Positions 49,421 to 61,234 are shown, counted from the first letter of the stretch. The stretch: 64,000 nt of DNA from Blepharisma stoltei ATCC 30299 (GCA_965603825.1 CBFDEM010000053.1:496001-560000), one strand, 5' to 3'. Numbers and translations: made by a program. The notes: generated from the sequence alone by a model not told the origin.

Positions 49421-52033
49421 ATGATATTAAATTTCCTACTCTTCCTAATTCAAAAATCTCTCAGCTTATGTGAAACTTCCCACTACTTCACTGAGTGCGA
49501 TACCAATAATACAAGATCAGCAATATTTTACCAAGAAGATTGCAATTCTACTGCATTGTCCCCAATTCACAATCTTCCATGCAATAAAGTATGCGAAGCA
49601 GGGTATAAACTTGACATCATTAATCAAACTTTAGCATGCTCCCCATGTCCAGCTGGTTCTTATAGCACTGGAGGTGGAATCCGGTATGGCGAGGACGGAT
49701 CTGATTGGAATTCATCTTATAGATATTTGAAAAGGAATTGTTGGGTACTAATGGGACTCGACTGAGTCAAAGGTGATAGATGCTCAAGCTGGCATACCGA
49801 AAATGGAATTCTAGTCTCTGGCAAGCCAGATGTAGCCAATTTTTTTGAAGACGAGCTTGTTTTATCTGCCCGACTTGTTACAAATGGAGTTCTCACTTAT
49901 AAATACAGAAAAATCACCCAAAAAGCCAATGGATTTATAAACGGGGACTGGTTTGTCTACCTAAACGGTGAGCAAATACAATCAAATAGCCATTTAGGCG
50001 AAAACAGCTGGGTTGTTAAAAATTTTACAATTCCTGCAGGATCTCATGAAATTGCATTCGCTTATCAAGCGTTTTTTCAGCATTTAACTGATGATTTTCA
50101 TGCAGAAATTTCGTTTATTGAGCTTACAGGCCTCGAATATGCTTCAACTTCATGTGAGAAATGCTTAAAAGGGTCAAGCTCAGAAGGATCGTCAGCTTGT
50201 AATATTTGTGACTTTAACACTTACTGAAATGGGGCTTCCTGTGAAGATTGTCCTCCTGATAAATATTCTTTAAAAGGTTCAGTGGGTATTAATTCTTGTT
50301 TAGAAAGGCAGCCTTGTGGGTTTGAAGATATAACCAGCAATTACACAGAATGCGAAAATGGGAAGAGGACCAAAAAATATTATTGGAAACAGCCAATCCT
50401 CTGCAATTATATGGCAGCAAGCCTACCGAGTGAAATAGATGGATTGTTATGTGAAGATTGTCCAATTGGGTACCATCAGCAAGCTATTTCTAATAATTCA
50501 AATATTACGAAATGCTATCCTTGTAAATTAGGATTTTATATGACCCAAAATCTGACTTGTGAAGAATGTGGAATAGGAGAAATTTCTAATAGCATTTTAT
50601 TGATAGAGCGATGGGAAACCCTCCCAGATGGTTTTAAAACTAAATGCATAAACTCAGCTGGAGAGGGATGCCTTACCAGTTCTGGATGAATTGCAAATGA
50701 AACTTATATCACGACGGGCACTTCTCTTGACAATTTATCAGAAGTTTCATTATCTAAGTTTATTAATATTACGAACTTGACTGGGAAAATTGAATTCTTT
50801 TATGTTAGTCTTGACATGCAAGGGTTATTTAATTTTTATATTAATGGGATTTTGAAATCTTCAAATCAAGTTAGCGGGAGATATAAAGAATCCTATGATT
50901 TATTACCTGGGGGAAATGAACTTGAGTGGAGATATAGAACTAGCAAAGATGGTGGAGAAATAAGGATTTATGATATGACGATTGAAGGAAGTGATGAAGG
51001 AGCTTCTGTGGAGTGCAGCAAATGCCCAGATGGCTTTATAAGTGTGAGCAGCCACACGTCGTGCATTGCATGTCCAGCTGGATTTTCTTCAAATTCTGAT
51101 AATTCTGAATGCATGAAATGTGACAGAGACTATTATAGCTACTCTTCTGGTCAAGCATGCCAAAAATGCCCTGCAAATAGTTATTCAAATACTAATAACA
51201 CTGCATGTCTAGGAAATGACTATTTAATTCTCCCTACAAAATCATTTTATCTAAGAAATCTGACAGGGATTTCAAATATTGAGCAAACATATACTGATGG
51301 TCTTTGCAGCCGTGACAGTTTAAAGCTGTACTGTTACCAGACTTTTTATGGCCCAATCCCTGGAAATCAATCAGAGCTTTACATTTCAGTTTTAAATCCC
51401 TCAGTTTTGTCTCTCCCTGACTATGAATATTACTACCAGACTTCATTAGGCTATGCATTTACATTAGTTACTCTAGATTCCCCACAAACAAAAAATAATA
51501 GCGTAAATACTTGTTATAAAGAAAATACAGCAATTTTTAATGCAGGGAGAAATATCGAAAATATCACTGAAACAGCTTATGGGTTTGACGTTCAATATAG
51601 CCAAGGGGATATTTGTAACGAAAATGGGGATAGGTTTAGTGTTTTTATAGAGTTTGTGTGTAATAAAAGGGAAGGAGGAGGCTGGCCAATGTTAGTTAGT
51701 AGAGGAGAATGCAGTTGGAATTTTAGATGGAAATCGAGATGGGGATGCAAAATTTGTAGTGAAGAAGAGATGATTGTGGTAAAAACTATGTGCATGAACG
51801 GAAAAAGGATGATTGAAAAAATGGAAGGGAAAAATTGCATAATTCCTTCAGATTATCAGGTTGAGACGTCGGGAGAAGACTGCTCTTTATCTAAAGAAAT
51901 TTTGTATACGCTTCCAGTGCTTATTGGTCTAGGCACTATAATACTGCTGCTAATGGCTATAGGGCTGCTTACTTATTACTGCTATAGGTTTAAATCTAGA
52001 TATCAAAGACTAATAGATGCTAGGGAGCTTTAA
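49421..52033 (+). CDS. ELAPOR/KIAA1324 (UPF0577)-like type I membrane protein
   Basis: Signal peptide; Cys-rich repeats (CSPCPAGSYSTGGG, CLERQPC..YTEC..YYWKQPILC); MRH-like region (YSQGDIC...IEFVC...CSWNFRWKSRWGC); single TM; cytosolic YQRL sorting motif. Three ORFs in one frame via TGA. Confidence 0.8.
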
Positions 52034-52201
52034 TTATTAACAAACTTTAAGTAAAACTTTATTTAAAATTGCCCAAGATTAGTCTATATTTATTAGATAG
52101 TAATGCTGAAAAATTATTTTCCAGAAATTAATTTTTAAAATTTCACTTAATAAATATTAATTTAAACCATTTTTAACTGTCGATAAATTAAAAGTCTGTC
52201 A

Positions 52202-53845
52202 ATGCTAAGTCTAGAAACTGAAAGAAGGCTCGCACGCCTCTTTTTCCAAATCGCAGAAACTGAACGCTCAATTGAAAGAAGTCGCCAGAACCTTTGTCGA
52301 GATTATGATTTCGACCCATACTCTGCATTTCGTCTTCTTGACCAAACGGCAGTTGGAGGATTATCATCATACGACCTTCGCAATTTCCTATCAAGATCCC
52401 GTGTTTTTGTAACAATTGAAGAATTAGACCTGCTTGTAGCCCAATACGACTCTAACTTAGACGGCCGTTTATCTTTAGAAGATTTCTATTCTTTCATCTT
52501 GTCTTCTGAAGATGTCTCATTAAGAACCATTGCTAAAGAAAGATCACGATACCCATTATCCTCAATTGCAGAGCACAAGCTTGCAAGACATATTGAGCTA
52601 GAAGCCAGCTATCAAGGGCAGTTGGAAAACCTTAAAAAGCATCTCCATTCCAGATACGATTTTTCGCTGTCAAATGCATTTAGAGCTGTTGATAGCGACA
52701 GGCTTGACTTTATTTCTCCTTATGAGATAAGAAACTTTTTAAGAAGAAATGGATATGCAGTCCAGGATTCTGATTTGGATGGAATAATCAGAAGAATTGA
52801 TACGGACAGCGATGGACGACTTAGCTATGAAGAATTTGCTCAAGCGTTTAACATTTCAGATTTTTCAAGAAGGTCAATTATAATTGAAAATAAAAGCACA
52901 AGAACTCCTTCGCCTAAGAAATATGAAACTTCGAGAAACAGGTCACCATTAAGAAGATCACCAAGCCCAACTAGATCACATTTCAGCCCTGCGAAATCTT
53001 CATATTCGCCTGAAAAATCATTTAGATCTACTGGCTTGAAAAGCCCTAGAAGAAGTGTAGAAAATTCACCTGAGCGGAATTCATATTTCACCCCTACCAA
53101 GTCTTCATCATTTTATAAGACAAGCTCAAGTGTTAGAAAAAGCCTTTTTGAGTCTCCAGTCTCTGAAGTCGCAATGCGGGAAATCGTTGATACTTTTAGA
53201 AGCCAAATTGATATAGCCCGAGACCTTGAGCAAGCAAAACTTACCCTTGCGAGAAGTGCTGATTTTGCCTTGCTAGACTTTTTCAGAGCTTTTGATTTGG
53301 ATGATAAAGGCTACATAGCTTCTCGTGATGTAGAAGGGTTATTAACTGACTTAGGAGTTTTCTACAACTCTGATGAAGTTTACTTGCTGCTAAGACATTA
53401 CAGTTCCCTTCAAGACTCCAAAATCAGATATGCTGACTTTGAAAACATGTGGCTGCCTAAAGACAGGTATTATGCCCAAGCCCTCAAAGACAGAAGAAGC
53501 CAAATCTACCCTCCAAGAGACAGATTAAGTGTATTTTCCAGCATCACGATAGAAAAAATCAGTTCAACTATTAAATTGCATTTACAGTGTGAAAGAATTG
53601 CAGAAGACTTAAGAAGTAGGCTCAGTGCCAAAAGGTCAATCAATTTATTTGAAGTCTTCCAAGCTATTGATTGCGACAATGACGGATATATCAGACTTGA
53701 AGAATTCGAAGGGGTTTTAAGAGATTTTGGAGTCTACACAGACTTGAAAGACTTGGAAAGCTTGGTGGAGAGATATGACAAGAACTTTGACGGAAAAGTG
53801 AGCTATTCTGAGTTCGTGCAGGAGATCACCCCTAAGCTTTTCTAG
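52202..53845 (+). CDS. Multi-EF-hand calcium-binding protein with a central Ser/Pro/Arg-rich linker
   Basis: Canonical loops DSNLDGRLSLED, DTDSDGRLSYEE, DLDDKGYIASRD, DCDNDGYIRLEE, DKNFDGKVSYSE; many SP sites in the linker. Confidence 0.9.
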   Translation: MLSLETERRLARLFFQIAETERSIERSRQNLCRDYDFDPYSAFRLLDQTAVGGLSSYDLRNFLSRSRVFVTIEELDLLVAQYDSNLDGRLSLEDFYSFILSSEDVSLRTIAKERSRYPLSSIAEHKLARHIELEASYQGQLENLKKHLHSRYDFSLSNAFRAVDSDRLDFISPYEIRNFLRRNGYAVQDSDLDGIIRRIDTDSDGRLSYEEFAQAFNISDFSRRSIIIENKSTRTPSPKKYETSRNRSPLRRSPSPTRSHFSPAKSSYSPEKSFRSTGLKSPRRSVENSPERNSYFTPTKSSSFYKTSSSVRKSLFESPVSEVAMREIVDTFRSQIDIARDLEQAKLTLARSADFALLDFFRAFDLDDKGYIASRDVEGLLTDLGVFYNSDEVYLLLRHYSSLQDSKIRYADFENMWLPKDRYYAQALKDRRSQIYPPRDRLSVFSSITIEKISSTIKLHLQCERIAEDLRSRLSAKRSINLFEVFQAIDCDNDGYIRLEEFEGVLRDFGVYTDLKDLESLVERYDKNFDGKVSYSEFVQEITPKLF

Positions 53846-53918
53846 CAATTTTATTTTCAATTAATTAGAGTTTGCATATTTTGATTTTTGATAAATTCTT
53901 AGTCTTTATAAAATAAAT

Positions 53919-54131
53919 ATGAACGGAAGACACAAGACTGAAGTCGTGATCTTTGTGATCCTAGTATTCATCGCTTTCATCGCCAGAACTGATTACTGGG
54001 TTTCCTGGACCTTACTTTCTATTTTCTGGGGTGTTTTGTGCTTATTTGACTGGCTGTTCACAAATGAAAAAGACTTCATGTTTGAGCCCAACTTCAAAAA
54101 CTGGCAGAGAATCACAGAGCCAAGATATTAG
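53919..54131 (+). CDS. 70-aa two-TM microprotein of unknown function
   Basis: Clean ORF with C-ending codon bias and two hydrophobic segments, flanked by AT-rich spacers. Confidence 0.7.
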   Translation: MNGRHKTEVVIFVILVFIAFIARTDYWVSWTLLSIFWGVLCLFDWLFTNEKDFMFEPNFKNWQRITEPRY

Positions 54132-54181
54132 CTAATAAGTAGATAATTAGTCACCTCTAAGGATAACCCTAAGATCAAAAA

Positions 54182-54524
54182 ATGGTAAAAATTCATGCAG
54201 CAAGAAAGCTTTACCTCTTTTAAAGACGATGTTAATCAGAAAGCCAATAAGGCAATCCAGAACTTCTTAGGCTCCAGAGAATATTCACAAGATGAAGTGC
54301 AGGCCTGGACAGCTCAGCTTTCAGAAGAAATCGTCAAAATGCTCAAAGATCAAAACAGCAACTTCAAGTATTGTGTTTCGTGTGTCATTTTGCAGAAAGG
54401 AGACGCTGGAATGCATATGAGCTCCACTTGCTTCTGGGACAGCGCGCTTGATGGAAGTGTAGCGATTAAATGGGAAAATCCTTCAATGTATTGCATTGTC
54501 AATATCTATGGCATCGCCTTCTAG
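54182..54524 (+). CDS. TCTEX1: Dynein light chain Tctex-1 family (probable 16-nt intron after the ATG)
   Basis: YSQDEVQAWT..FKYCVSCVILQKGDAGMHMSSTCFWDSALDGSVAIKWENPSMYCIVNIYGI is Tctex-1-like. Either ATG 54182 plus intron 54185-54200, or an alternative ATG at 54195. Confidence 0.92.
54185..54200 (+). other. Probable 16-nt intron GTAAAAATTCATGCAG
   Basis: Lies directly after an ATG and has an A at -6. Splicing puts the ATG in frame. Confidence 0.6.
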
Positions 54525-54605
54525 ATTTAACTAACACTTAGACAGACTTATTTTTGAGATAGATTTTAAACAGAAAATAATCAATTTTACAACAAATTAT
54601 GGAGC

Positions 54606-55820
54606 TTATTGAAATGCCAAAACCTTTTCTTCTAAGTTTTCAAGCTCTTTTAAAAGGTCTGGGGAGAGACTTGAAATCATTTTTAGAGAAAATTCTTTGC
54701 CTTGTCTGTCTTTATAAGTGACGGTTTCTTTGGGGTCTCCTTTAGGCTTGCTGTAGCCGCCTTTTTTTGAGTTTTCTCGCTTGAGAGAGGGTGGAGGCGT
54801 TTTTGACCTTTTGTATACCTGCGGCTTAAATGTGCAGCCTTCAAGCTCATTTTTTTCTTTTTCGACTTGGACTTGTCTTATCTTTTCTTCTTTTGCCATA
54901 ATCAGCTTGATTCCTTTATCATATAAAGAATTGTCAATTTTTTTCACTTTAACAGAAATAGACGACGCTGTGTTTTCTGACTCGTCCAATTTTTGTGTTT
55001 TTTCTAGTGGCTTCACATAATTTCTTACTAAGAATTCTTCAAACTCTTTCGGTTTTAAAACCCGACTTGGCTTTGGCTGTTCTGGCTCTTCCTCCACAAT
55101 TGCTGCTTGAGGTTTATTTTTTCTATTAGCAGCTAATTCAATTGACGTAGGATTTAGTGTAGGTTTAAAAGGGTAGCTTTGAGCAAAAACTACTTCTGCT
55201 GCTTTTTGTTTTCTATCAATTAGTGACAGTCCTTCATAATACAAATGTGCGTTGACATCTTCAGGTCTTGGCTTATTAAACTGATTTACAACTGGCTTAA
55301 ACGTCGGAATTTCTTCTACGTTTTTCTGCCTCATTTCTTCAAGTTTTTGATGTTTTTCAATTTCCAGCCTCATTAATCTATCCTCAACCTTTTCTTTCCA
55401 AATAGGAAACATTGCTCTAGACACTGAATTTATTTCAGGTGAATGAGTATACACATCAGGGTCTTGGTTTCTCGTGTCAAAATAATGCTTAACCCTTTCT
55501 TCTCAGTCTGTTAAAGGACTTTGATATCCTGGAGGTGTTGGAACTCTTCGAATTTGGCTGCGGTCTTCTAAATACTGCTGAGAGCGGTTAATATCAAGCT
55601 TTTTATTTTTCTCTGAAAGCCACTTGTTCATGATTTCTGGAAATTCATTAGGGTCTCTATCTCCTGCTAATTCTCGACTTTTCTGATTAATATCTGGGAA
55701 GTCTCTGATTTCGTCAAGTTCACGCCTGATTCGGTCCTCAAGAGCTACCTCAGAGACCTCTCTCTTTTTTTGAAGCAACAACATGCCACGATCATACAGA
55801 CTGTTATCTGCAGTCCTCAT
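54606..55820 (-). CDS. Hypothetical charged protein with recurring LY..G / FKP.(I/L/V)N motifs (possibly microtubule-associated)
   Basis: ORFs 55503..55820 and 54606..55454 join through one TGA. Repeated motifs: LYDRG..DFPDIN, TFKPVVN..LYYEG..PFKPTLN, LYDKG..CTFKPQV. Confidence 0.7.
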
Positions 55821-55853
55821 ATTTAAATAAGAAATTTTTTATCCTACAATAAA

Positions 55854-57344
55854 TTATCTTTTTTCTTTAAATTTTCTTTTCCATTCTAAAATCTTGTCTT
55901 TATTCTGCACCTCAGCAGCCTTAGCAGCTTGTTCTATTGACTGTGTGGCGTATAAGCAGGCGAGTGCTTTTTTGATGGTTTCTCTTGAGAATTCTCCGTC
56001 AGAGTTTACAGAATCTTCGTCACTTAGAGGGATGTTGGCTTCGACTTTTTCTTTCCATTTTCATAGCTTGGGCTGAGGGATTCCTGTGAGTTCTGAAAGC
56101 GTTTGTTTTGGAAGGTCAGAGTCTTTGATGAGTTCATAAAATTCGATTTTTGCTTTTGGGGATTTTATTATTGAGTAGATAGGGATTTCTTCAGTTAAAT
56201 TTACGAATTCTCCTCGGGAGAGGTTCAGCTTGATACAGATATTCTGTGGAGAAGCTCCAGCTGCTAATAAAGAAAAGACTTGGGCCTTTAGATCGATTTT
56301 TCCTCTTATTTCATTACTGGTGAGCTGCCCCCAATTCCCAATAGAGTGGACTAAATGTGAGGAAATTTGAAAAAGCTTGGAAATTATTGTTGGATCTATA
56401 CCTTTGCTGTAGAGTTTTTTTATTTCTTCTTTTATGTTTTCAAGGAGAGGGGTGTATTTTCTTTTCAATTCAGCCCTGATGTCGATGGGTTTTTCTTTTT
56501 TTGGCCTTTTTGTAGGGATTTCTCTTGATTTGTTTATCATGCTTGAACAGTTGATGATTTTGTAATCTGATTTTGGCACATTTGGTAATTTTAGTTTAAT
56601 TTCTGGCTTGATCTCAGGAAGAGGTTCAGATATGGGAACATGAGCATGAAGCGGTTTAATAAACTCAAAAGGTTTCACTTTTGGAGCTTCGATATTGCTA
56701 GATGTTTTAACGAAGACCAACTGGCCGTTTATTATTTTCGCCTCTTTTTTCTCTTCTGAATCAGGAATATTATTAGAGGGTGGAGTTTGCATGATAGGGT
56801 TAGATGTCTCGAAATTATTTTTATTTCCGTTTTGGCTTGGAACTTTCACTTTTGGGGTTTCTTTAAACCCAACCTTTTTTATTGGATTAAGTTGAATTGC
56901 TTGAGGAATCTCTATTTTATGTTTTGCTACAAGATTACTTGTAGGAGTAGGCTGAATTGCTTGGGAAGTCGGAATCTCTATTTTATGCTTGGCTCCAAGA
57001 TTATTTATGTGATTAGGCTGAATTCCTTGGGGAGCTTGAGTCTCTATTTTTGGCTTCGCTCCAAAATTACTTATGGGGATGGGCTGAATAGCTTGGGGAA
57101 TCGGAATTTCTATTTTATGTTTCGTTCCAAGATTATTTGTGGAATTTAGTTGAATGGCTTGAGTAGCTGGGATCTCTATTTTACGTTTCTTCGTGCCAAC
57201 TGATTCATTTTGATAATTATTATACATATTTTCGGCCTCATCAATAAGACCCTCAAATATCTTTGTAATTTCGTCTTGGACAGTGTTTTGCATTTCTGCA
57301 ATAGTTTTGAAAAATTCCGCCAGCAAAGTGCTAGTGTCTGTCAT
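55854..57344 (-). CDS. Protein with five 22-aa repeats and several C-terminal helix-turn-helix-like units
   Basis: ORF 56061..57344 extends through TGA to TAA 55854. HTH-like units: GIDPTIISKLFQIS, GASPQNICIKLNLS, KQTLSELTGIPQPKLWKWKEK, SIEQAAKAAEVQNKDKILEWKRKF. Confidence 0.7.
56875..57197 (-). repeat. Five tandem 66-bp coding repeats
   Basis: The anchor tctatt recurs at 56911, 56977, 57043, 57109 and 57175. Approximate unit: G(T/A)KHKIEIPxxQAIQPxxxNNL. Confidence 0.9.
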
Positions 57345-57563
57345 TTAAAAAATATTTGACAGGGTTGGGGGGATTAATTGTTTTGTTTAAATAATTTTGA
57401 GCAACGTTGGCGGTAGAAGAAAGAATTTTTTATAATGCTTATTAGTAAATTTATATTACTCGATAAATCCCAAATGAAAAGAAGAATCTCAGAATTAAGC
57501 TCTTTTTTAGTTTTTCTATATTATTATATTAGAATTAAAAATCTTTATTAAAAACCATATATA

Positions 57564-58178
57564 TTATAATTCCTCAGCATCTTCAGAAAATGTTTCCTTC
57601 CACCCAGACACCAAATACTCACTCAGCCCCAGCGCTTGCGCTATAGGCTTAACTTGACCTACTCTCTCTGCCAATTTTACAATATTCAATTTTATCTTTG
57701 GATCAATCCCATCCGTGCTATTACTAATTTCAGCCTTGATTACCTCCAACTTCTTTTCTATATCTGCTGACAACACTTCTTTAACTCCTGCATTGTCGTT
57801 TTTAATTTTTTTTTGCTTTTTCTTAATATACTCTTCTATAAGCTCTTCGCCGATATTTTTAAAATTTTTCATTTTTTCCTTTTTACAGAGGTATCCTAGT
57901 TTGGAAGAAGGGATATAGCCATGATCAAAGCAATTTCGGTCTTTTCTTCAGTCATAATATCATTGCTTTAAGTTGTGCCATGATATATTGCATAATCGTA
58001 TCAAAATATGCCTTCCGCCATGCTCATTGTAGATATCGCAAACTTCTTTTTTAATGTGGTCTGGGACTTCATCATTTCTTAGCATACGCCCTTTGCGGGG
58101 GCGAAGTTCATCTTTAATACGTTTGAGCCTTGCATAAATTTCCAATACTCTTTGTGAAGGTTCTTCTTCTTTTGACAT
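57564..58178 (-). CDS. Protein with two HTH-like (Brinker/psq/transposase-HTH-like) units
   Basis: Two ORFs join via TGA. HIKKEVCDIY...LCNISWHNLKQWYYDW and KIKLNIVKLAERVGQVKPIAQALGLSEYLVSGWKETF. Confidence 0.65.
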
Positions 58179-58606
58179 TTTACTATATTAAGCCCCCAAT
58201 TTTCGAAAAAATGAATTTTTAATATATGGGTTTTCATCTTTAAGCTATTTATCCTTAAATTTTAAATTTCATGCTTTCATTTCCCAAAATTAGGAAAAAA
58301 GTAAAAGAACTGCCCCAGTTATAATAAGTAGCATTGCTGTCTATATTAAAACAATTTTTTCTTTAATAGGATCATCAGCAATAATCTTGGAATTTCTGTT
58401 TAATGTAATCAGATACGCAGCAAGGATTTATCACACAAAAATTATAATAGCATATAACTCTTTTTGAGTATTTTTAAGAACCCAATTTCAGTTCCCATCT
58501 ATTTTAATAATTTGCTGAAGATTTATTATTTCCAACACGATCTTTTTGCAAAAATGCCAAAAAATCTAGTTTTTGAATTATCCTAATTCTAAAAAGAAAA
58601 TTTGTC

Positions 58607-58873
58607 TTATTTAAATTTTTCATCTAAAAATCTACCTTCTTCATGCTGTTTTTTTAGCCATCTATTGAAGCTTTCATCACTTAGTTCTTCAGGGACTGCT
58701 CTTTTCTTTCATGATTCCTCTTGAATGTCATATACTCCATTAATCATATAAAGTAGTGTCCCAGGCAAAAAGATTAGATATAAAAAGATCCATTTACCTG
58801 TTTCCTTTGTATTTACTCGAGTTGAAGCAGGTAGAGAGTACCACTTTCTAAAAAATTTGTCCAATAATTTCAT
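58607..58873 (-). CDS. 88-aa single-TM small protein (absent from the ORF track), possibly mitochondrial
   Basis: MKLLDKFFRKWYSLPASTRVNTKETGKWIFLYLIFLPGTLLYMINGVYDIQEESW(TGA)KKRAVPEELSDESFNRWLKKQHEEGRFLDEKFK*. Confidence 0.6.
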
Positions 58874-58942
58874 TTATATCCTTAAAAGCATTCTATCAAT
58901 TATTCAGTATTATTTAGAACTACATATGAAGATTTAAGCTAT

Positions 58943-59878
58943 TTAAATATATTTTCCATACTCCTTTTTTAATGAATATCACAGCATTAGCGATAGTCTA
59001 TACTTAATCCAGTCAATGTTTTCAGCTTCCACTTTTACAAGTTTGTGGTTTACTTCTTGAGAACTTGCAGCAAGAAATGAATTTTCATGCTCAAGGAATG
59101 GGAATAATACACAACCTCCATATTTAAGGTCTTTATATTCAGTTATATTTCCTGCTGAAACATCAAACAAATAAGTTTTGCTGCTTTCTCCTCTGATATT
59201 ATCAGTTTTTCTGATCCTTCCACCAATAATTATTAAAAAATCATCAAAAATTGGTATCACTCCTAATCTACAAGAAGGAGCTGGCAAAGAAAGCTGAAGA
59301 AGCACCCATTGGGTCCCATCATATCTTTCACATGATGCCATAAATCCAAATTTTCCAGATCCTCCAATAGCAAAAATATATCTTTTTGTGCTGCAAATCC
59401 CAAAATCAGCCCTTGCGAAATTCAAATCTGCCACATTATTGCTTCTTACGTTTTTTGAATTTCTCTGAAATTGATCCATATCAAATACTACGCATGAGGA
59501 AGATGGTATTTGGTTGATGAATCCTCCAATTAAATAGAGATTTTCTTGGAAAATGCAAGATCTTGGAGATATTCGGTTTACTTCGTTATAATAAAATCTA
59601 TTTGATTTTAATTCTGATGGAGTAATTTTTAAAAAATTGAATCCCTTCGAGCTTTCGCCTCCCAAAATAAAATATTCTAATTTTTCATTTTCTTGGCAAA
59701 GTGCAATTGCAGATGTATGGCTAACTTTAATATGACGATTATTGGTCTTGAGCGCTAAATTTATACTTGGATCATAAGTGTAGAAATTTGGAAAATCAGG
59801 AATATATAATAATTGACTTTGCATATTATTACTTAAGCTGATAAATGGCCTTTGAAGTAAAGTATGATTATTTACCAT
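58943..59878 (-). CDS. Kelch-repeat beta-propeller protein
   Basis: Kelch GG motifs (FILGG, LYLIGG, IFAIGG..CERYD..W, IIIGG). The apparent TGA stop at 58979 reads through to TAA 58943. Confidence 0.82.
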
Positions 59879-60151
59879 TCATATTAATAAATAATTAAAT
59901 TTTAGTTTGATAATTTTTACTTTTTTTAAAGAACATCGGATTTGCAGATTGTTTTTTAGTTAAATGAATCTTTCGTCATATTTTTTTAATTTACGTTTTT
60001 TAAGGACAATTTATTAAATAAAATTAATTAGCCAGTTAAATTTTCACATATGCAAGCCCTTAGAGCAAGTAACATTTAAATATTTTCTTTTTTTCTATGG
60101 TTATGCTTTTAAGACTCCGTTATCTATCCAGTTAATAAAATTAAGCCTAAC

Positions 60152-61234
60152 ATGAACAGCAGTCCGCTTCCTCCTGTCATTGAAATAACTGAAAATTCAG
60201 ACAAAACAAGCGAAAGCGAAAATGAGAATATTGACTCCAATGAGTTCTACAAGTCTCAAGACGAAGTTGAAATTGAAATTATGCCTGAAATCAAATTTTC
60301 GTTAGATAGCTTTTCAGAAGAAAAAGCAAACAATAGTGCTGTCCGTATCATGGAACTTGAGCAAGCACTTCAAACTGAAAATTGGAGATTTCAGCAGGAA
60401 ATTTTTAATATGAACCAGGAATATCATAGCACAATCAGTCATATGTCAATGGAGCTTGATATTTACCAAACAAAAACCAAAATTTATCGAAAGCAAATAG
60501 AAGAGATGAAAAAAGAGCTAGAAATCACCAAAAAGAACCTCATAGAAGAGCAGCAAATCAGAAAAACTCTTGAAGAAAAAATTCTCGCAATCACAGTGAA
60601 TTCTGAAGAAAAAGAGTCTTCCCTTCTTGCTCTATTAGAGCAACGAGATCAAGACAATTTCCAGCAGCGAACTGAGAATGAAAAACTACAGAAAAGGATT
60701 GAAGAGCTAAACGATGAATTGTCCAACAGGAAACTTATGAAGCAAGAAAGCCACTCAACTATAGGAATGAGCATAACTGACTCAATGGACGCTGATTTTC
60801 TGAAAACTAATGAATCAGACTCTTCTAAAGAAATTAGCAAAAAGTTTGCTGACCCTATTGATATTGCATTAAAAGAACAATTGGCCAAACTAAATTTGCA
60901 TGGACATTTTAGGAAGCAGCAAAGCAATGTGTATTGCTATGGAAATAAAAAAGTGTATATCATCTTAAAGAATGGAAAACTGCTGTGCAGATGTGGGATT
61001 GGATTTCAAGCATTTGATGATTTCATTAAAAATGCAAATTTCAAAGCAAATTCGAGTCCTCCCAAGGTTGTTCATAGAAGAAGCAATACTGCTTCAGGAG
61101 ACTTGCATAAAATTCACCCAGAATTTGAGCCTGGAAATGGGTATTCTCCAGATAGCTCAAAAATGCATTTAAAAAATAGGGTTGGAACACCTTTATTGGG
61201 GAGCAGCAATAGCTCAAAGTCTTTGAGAAAGTAA
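60152..61234 (+). CDS. Coiled-coil protein with a GAS2/GAR microtubule-binding-like domain
   Basis: Long heptad-rich region, then DPIDIAL...FRKQQSNVYCYGNKKVYIILKNGKLLCRCGIGFQAFDDFI, which resembles a GAR domain. Confidence 0.75.
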   Translation: MNSSPLPPVIEITENSDKTSESENENIDSNEFYKSQDEVEIEIMPEIKFSLDSFSEEKANNSAVRIMELEQALQTENWRFQQEIFNMNQEYHSTISHMSMELDIYQTKTKIYRKQIEEMKKELEITKKNLIEEQQIRKTLEEKILAITVNSEEKESSLLALLEQRDQDNFQQRTENEKLQKRIEELNDELSNRKLMKQESHSTIGMSITDSMDADFLKTNESDSSKEISKKFADPIDIALKEQLAKLNLHGHFRKQQSNVYCYGNKKVYIILKNGKLLCRCGIGFQAFDDFIKNANFKANSSPPKVVHRRSNTASGDLHKIHPEFEPGNGYSPDSSKMHLKNRVGTPLLGSSNSSKSLRK

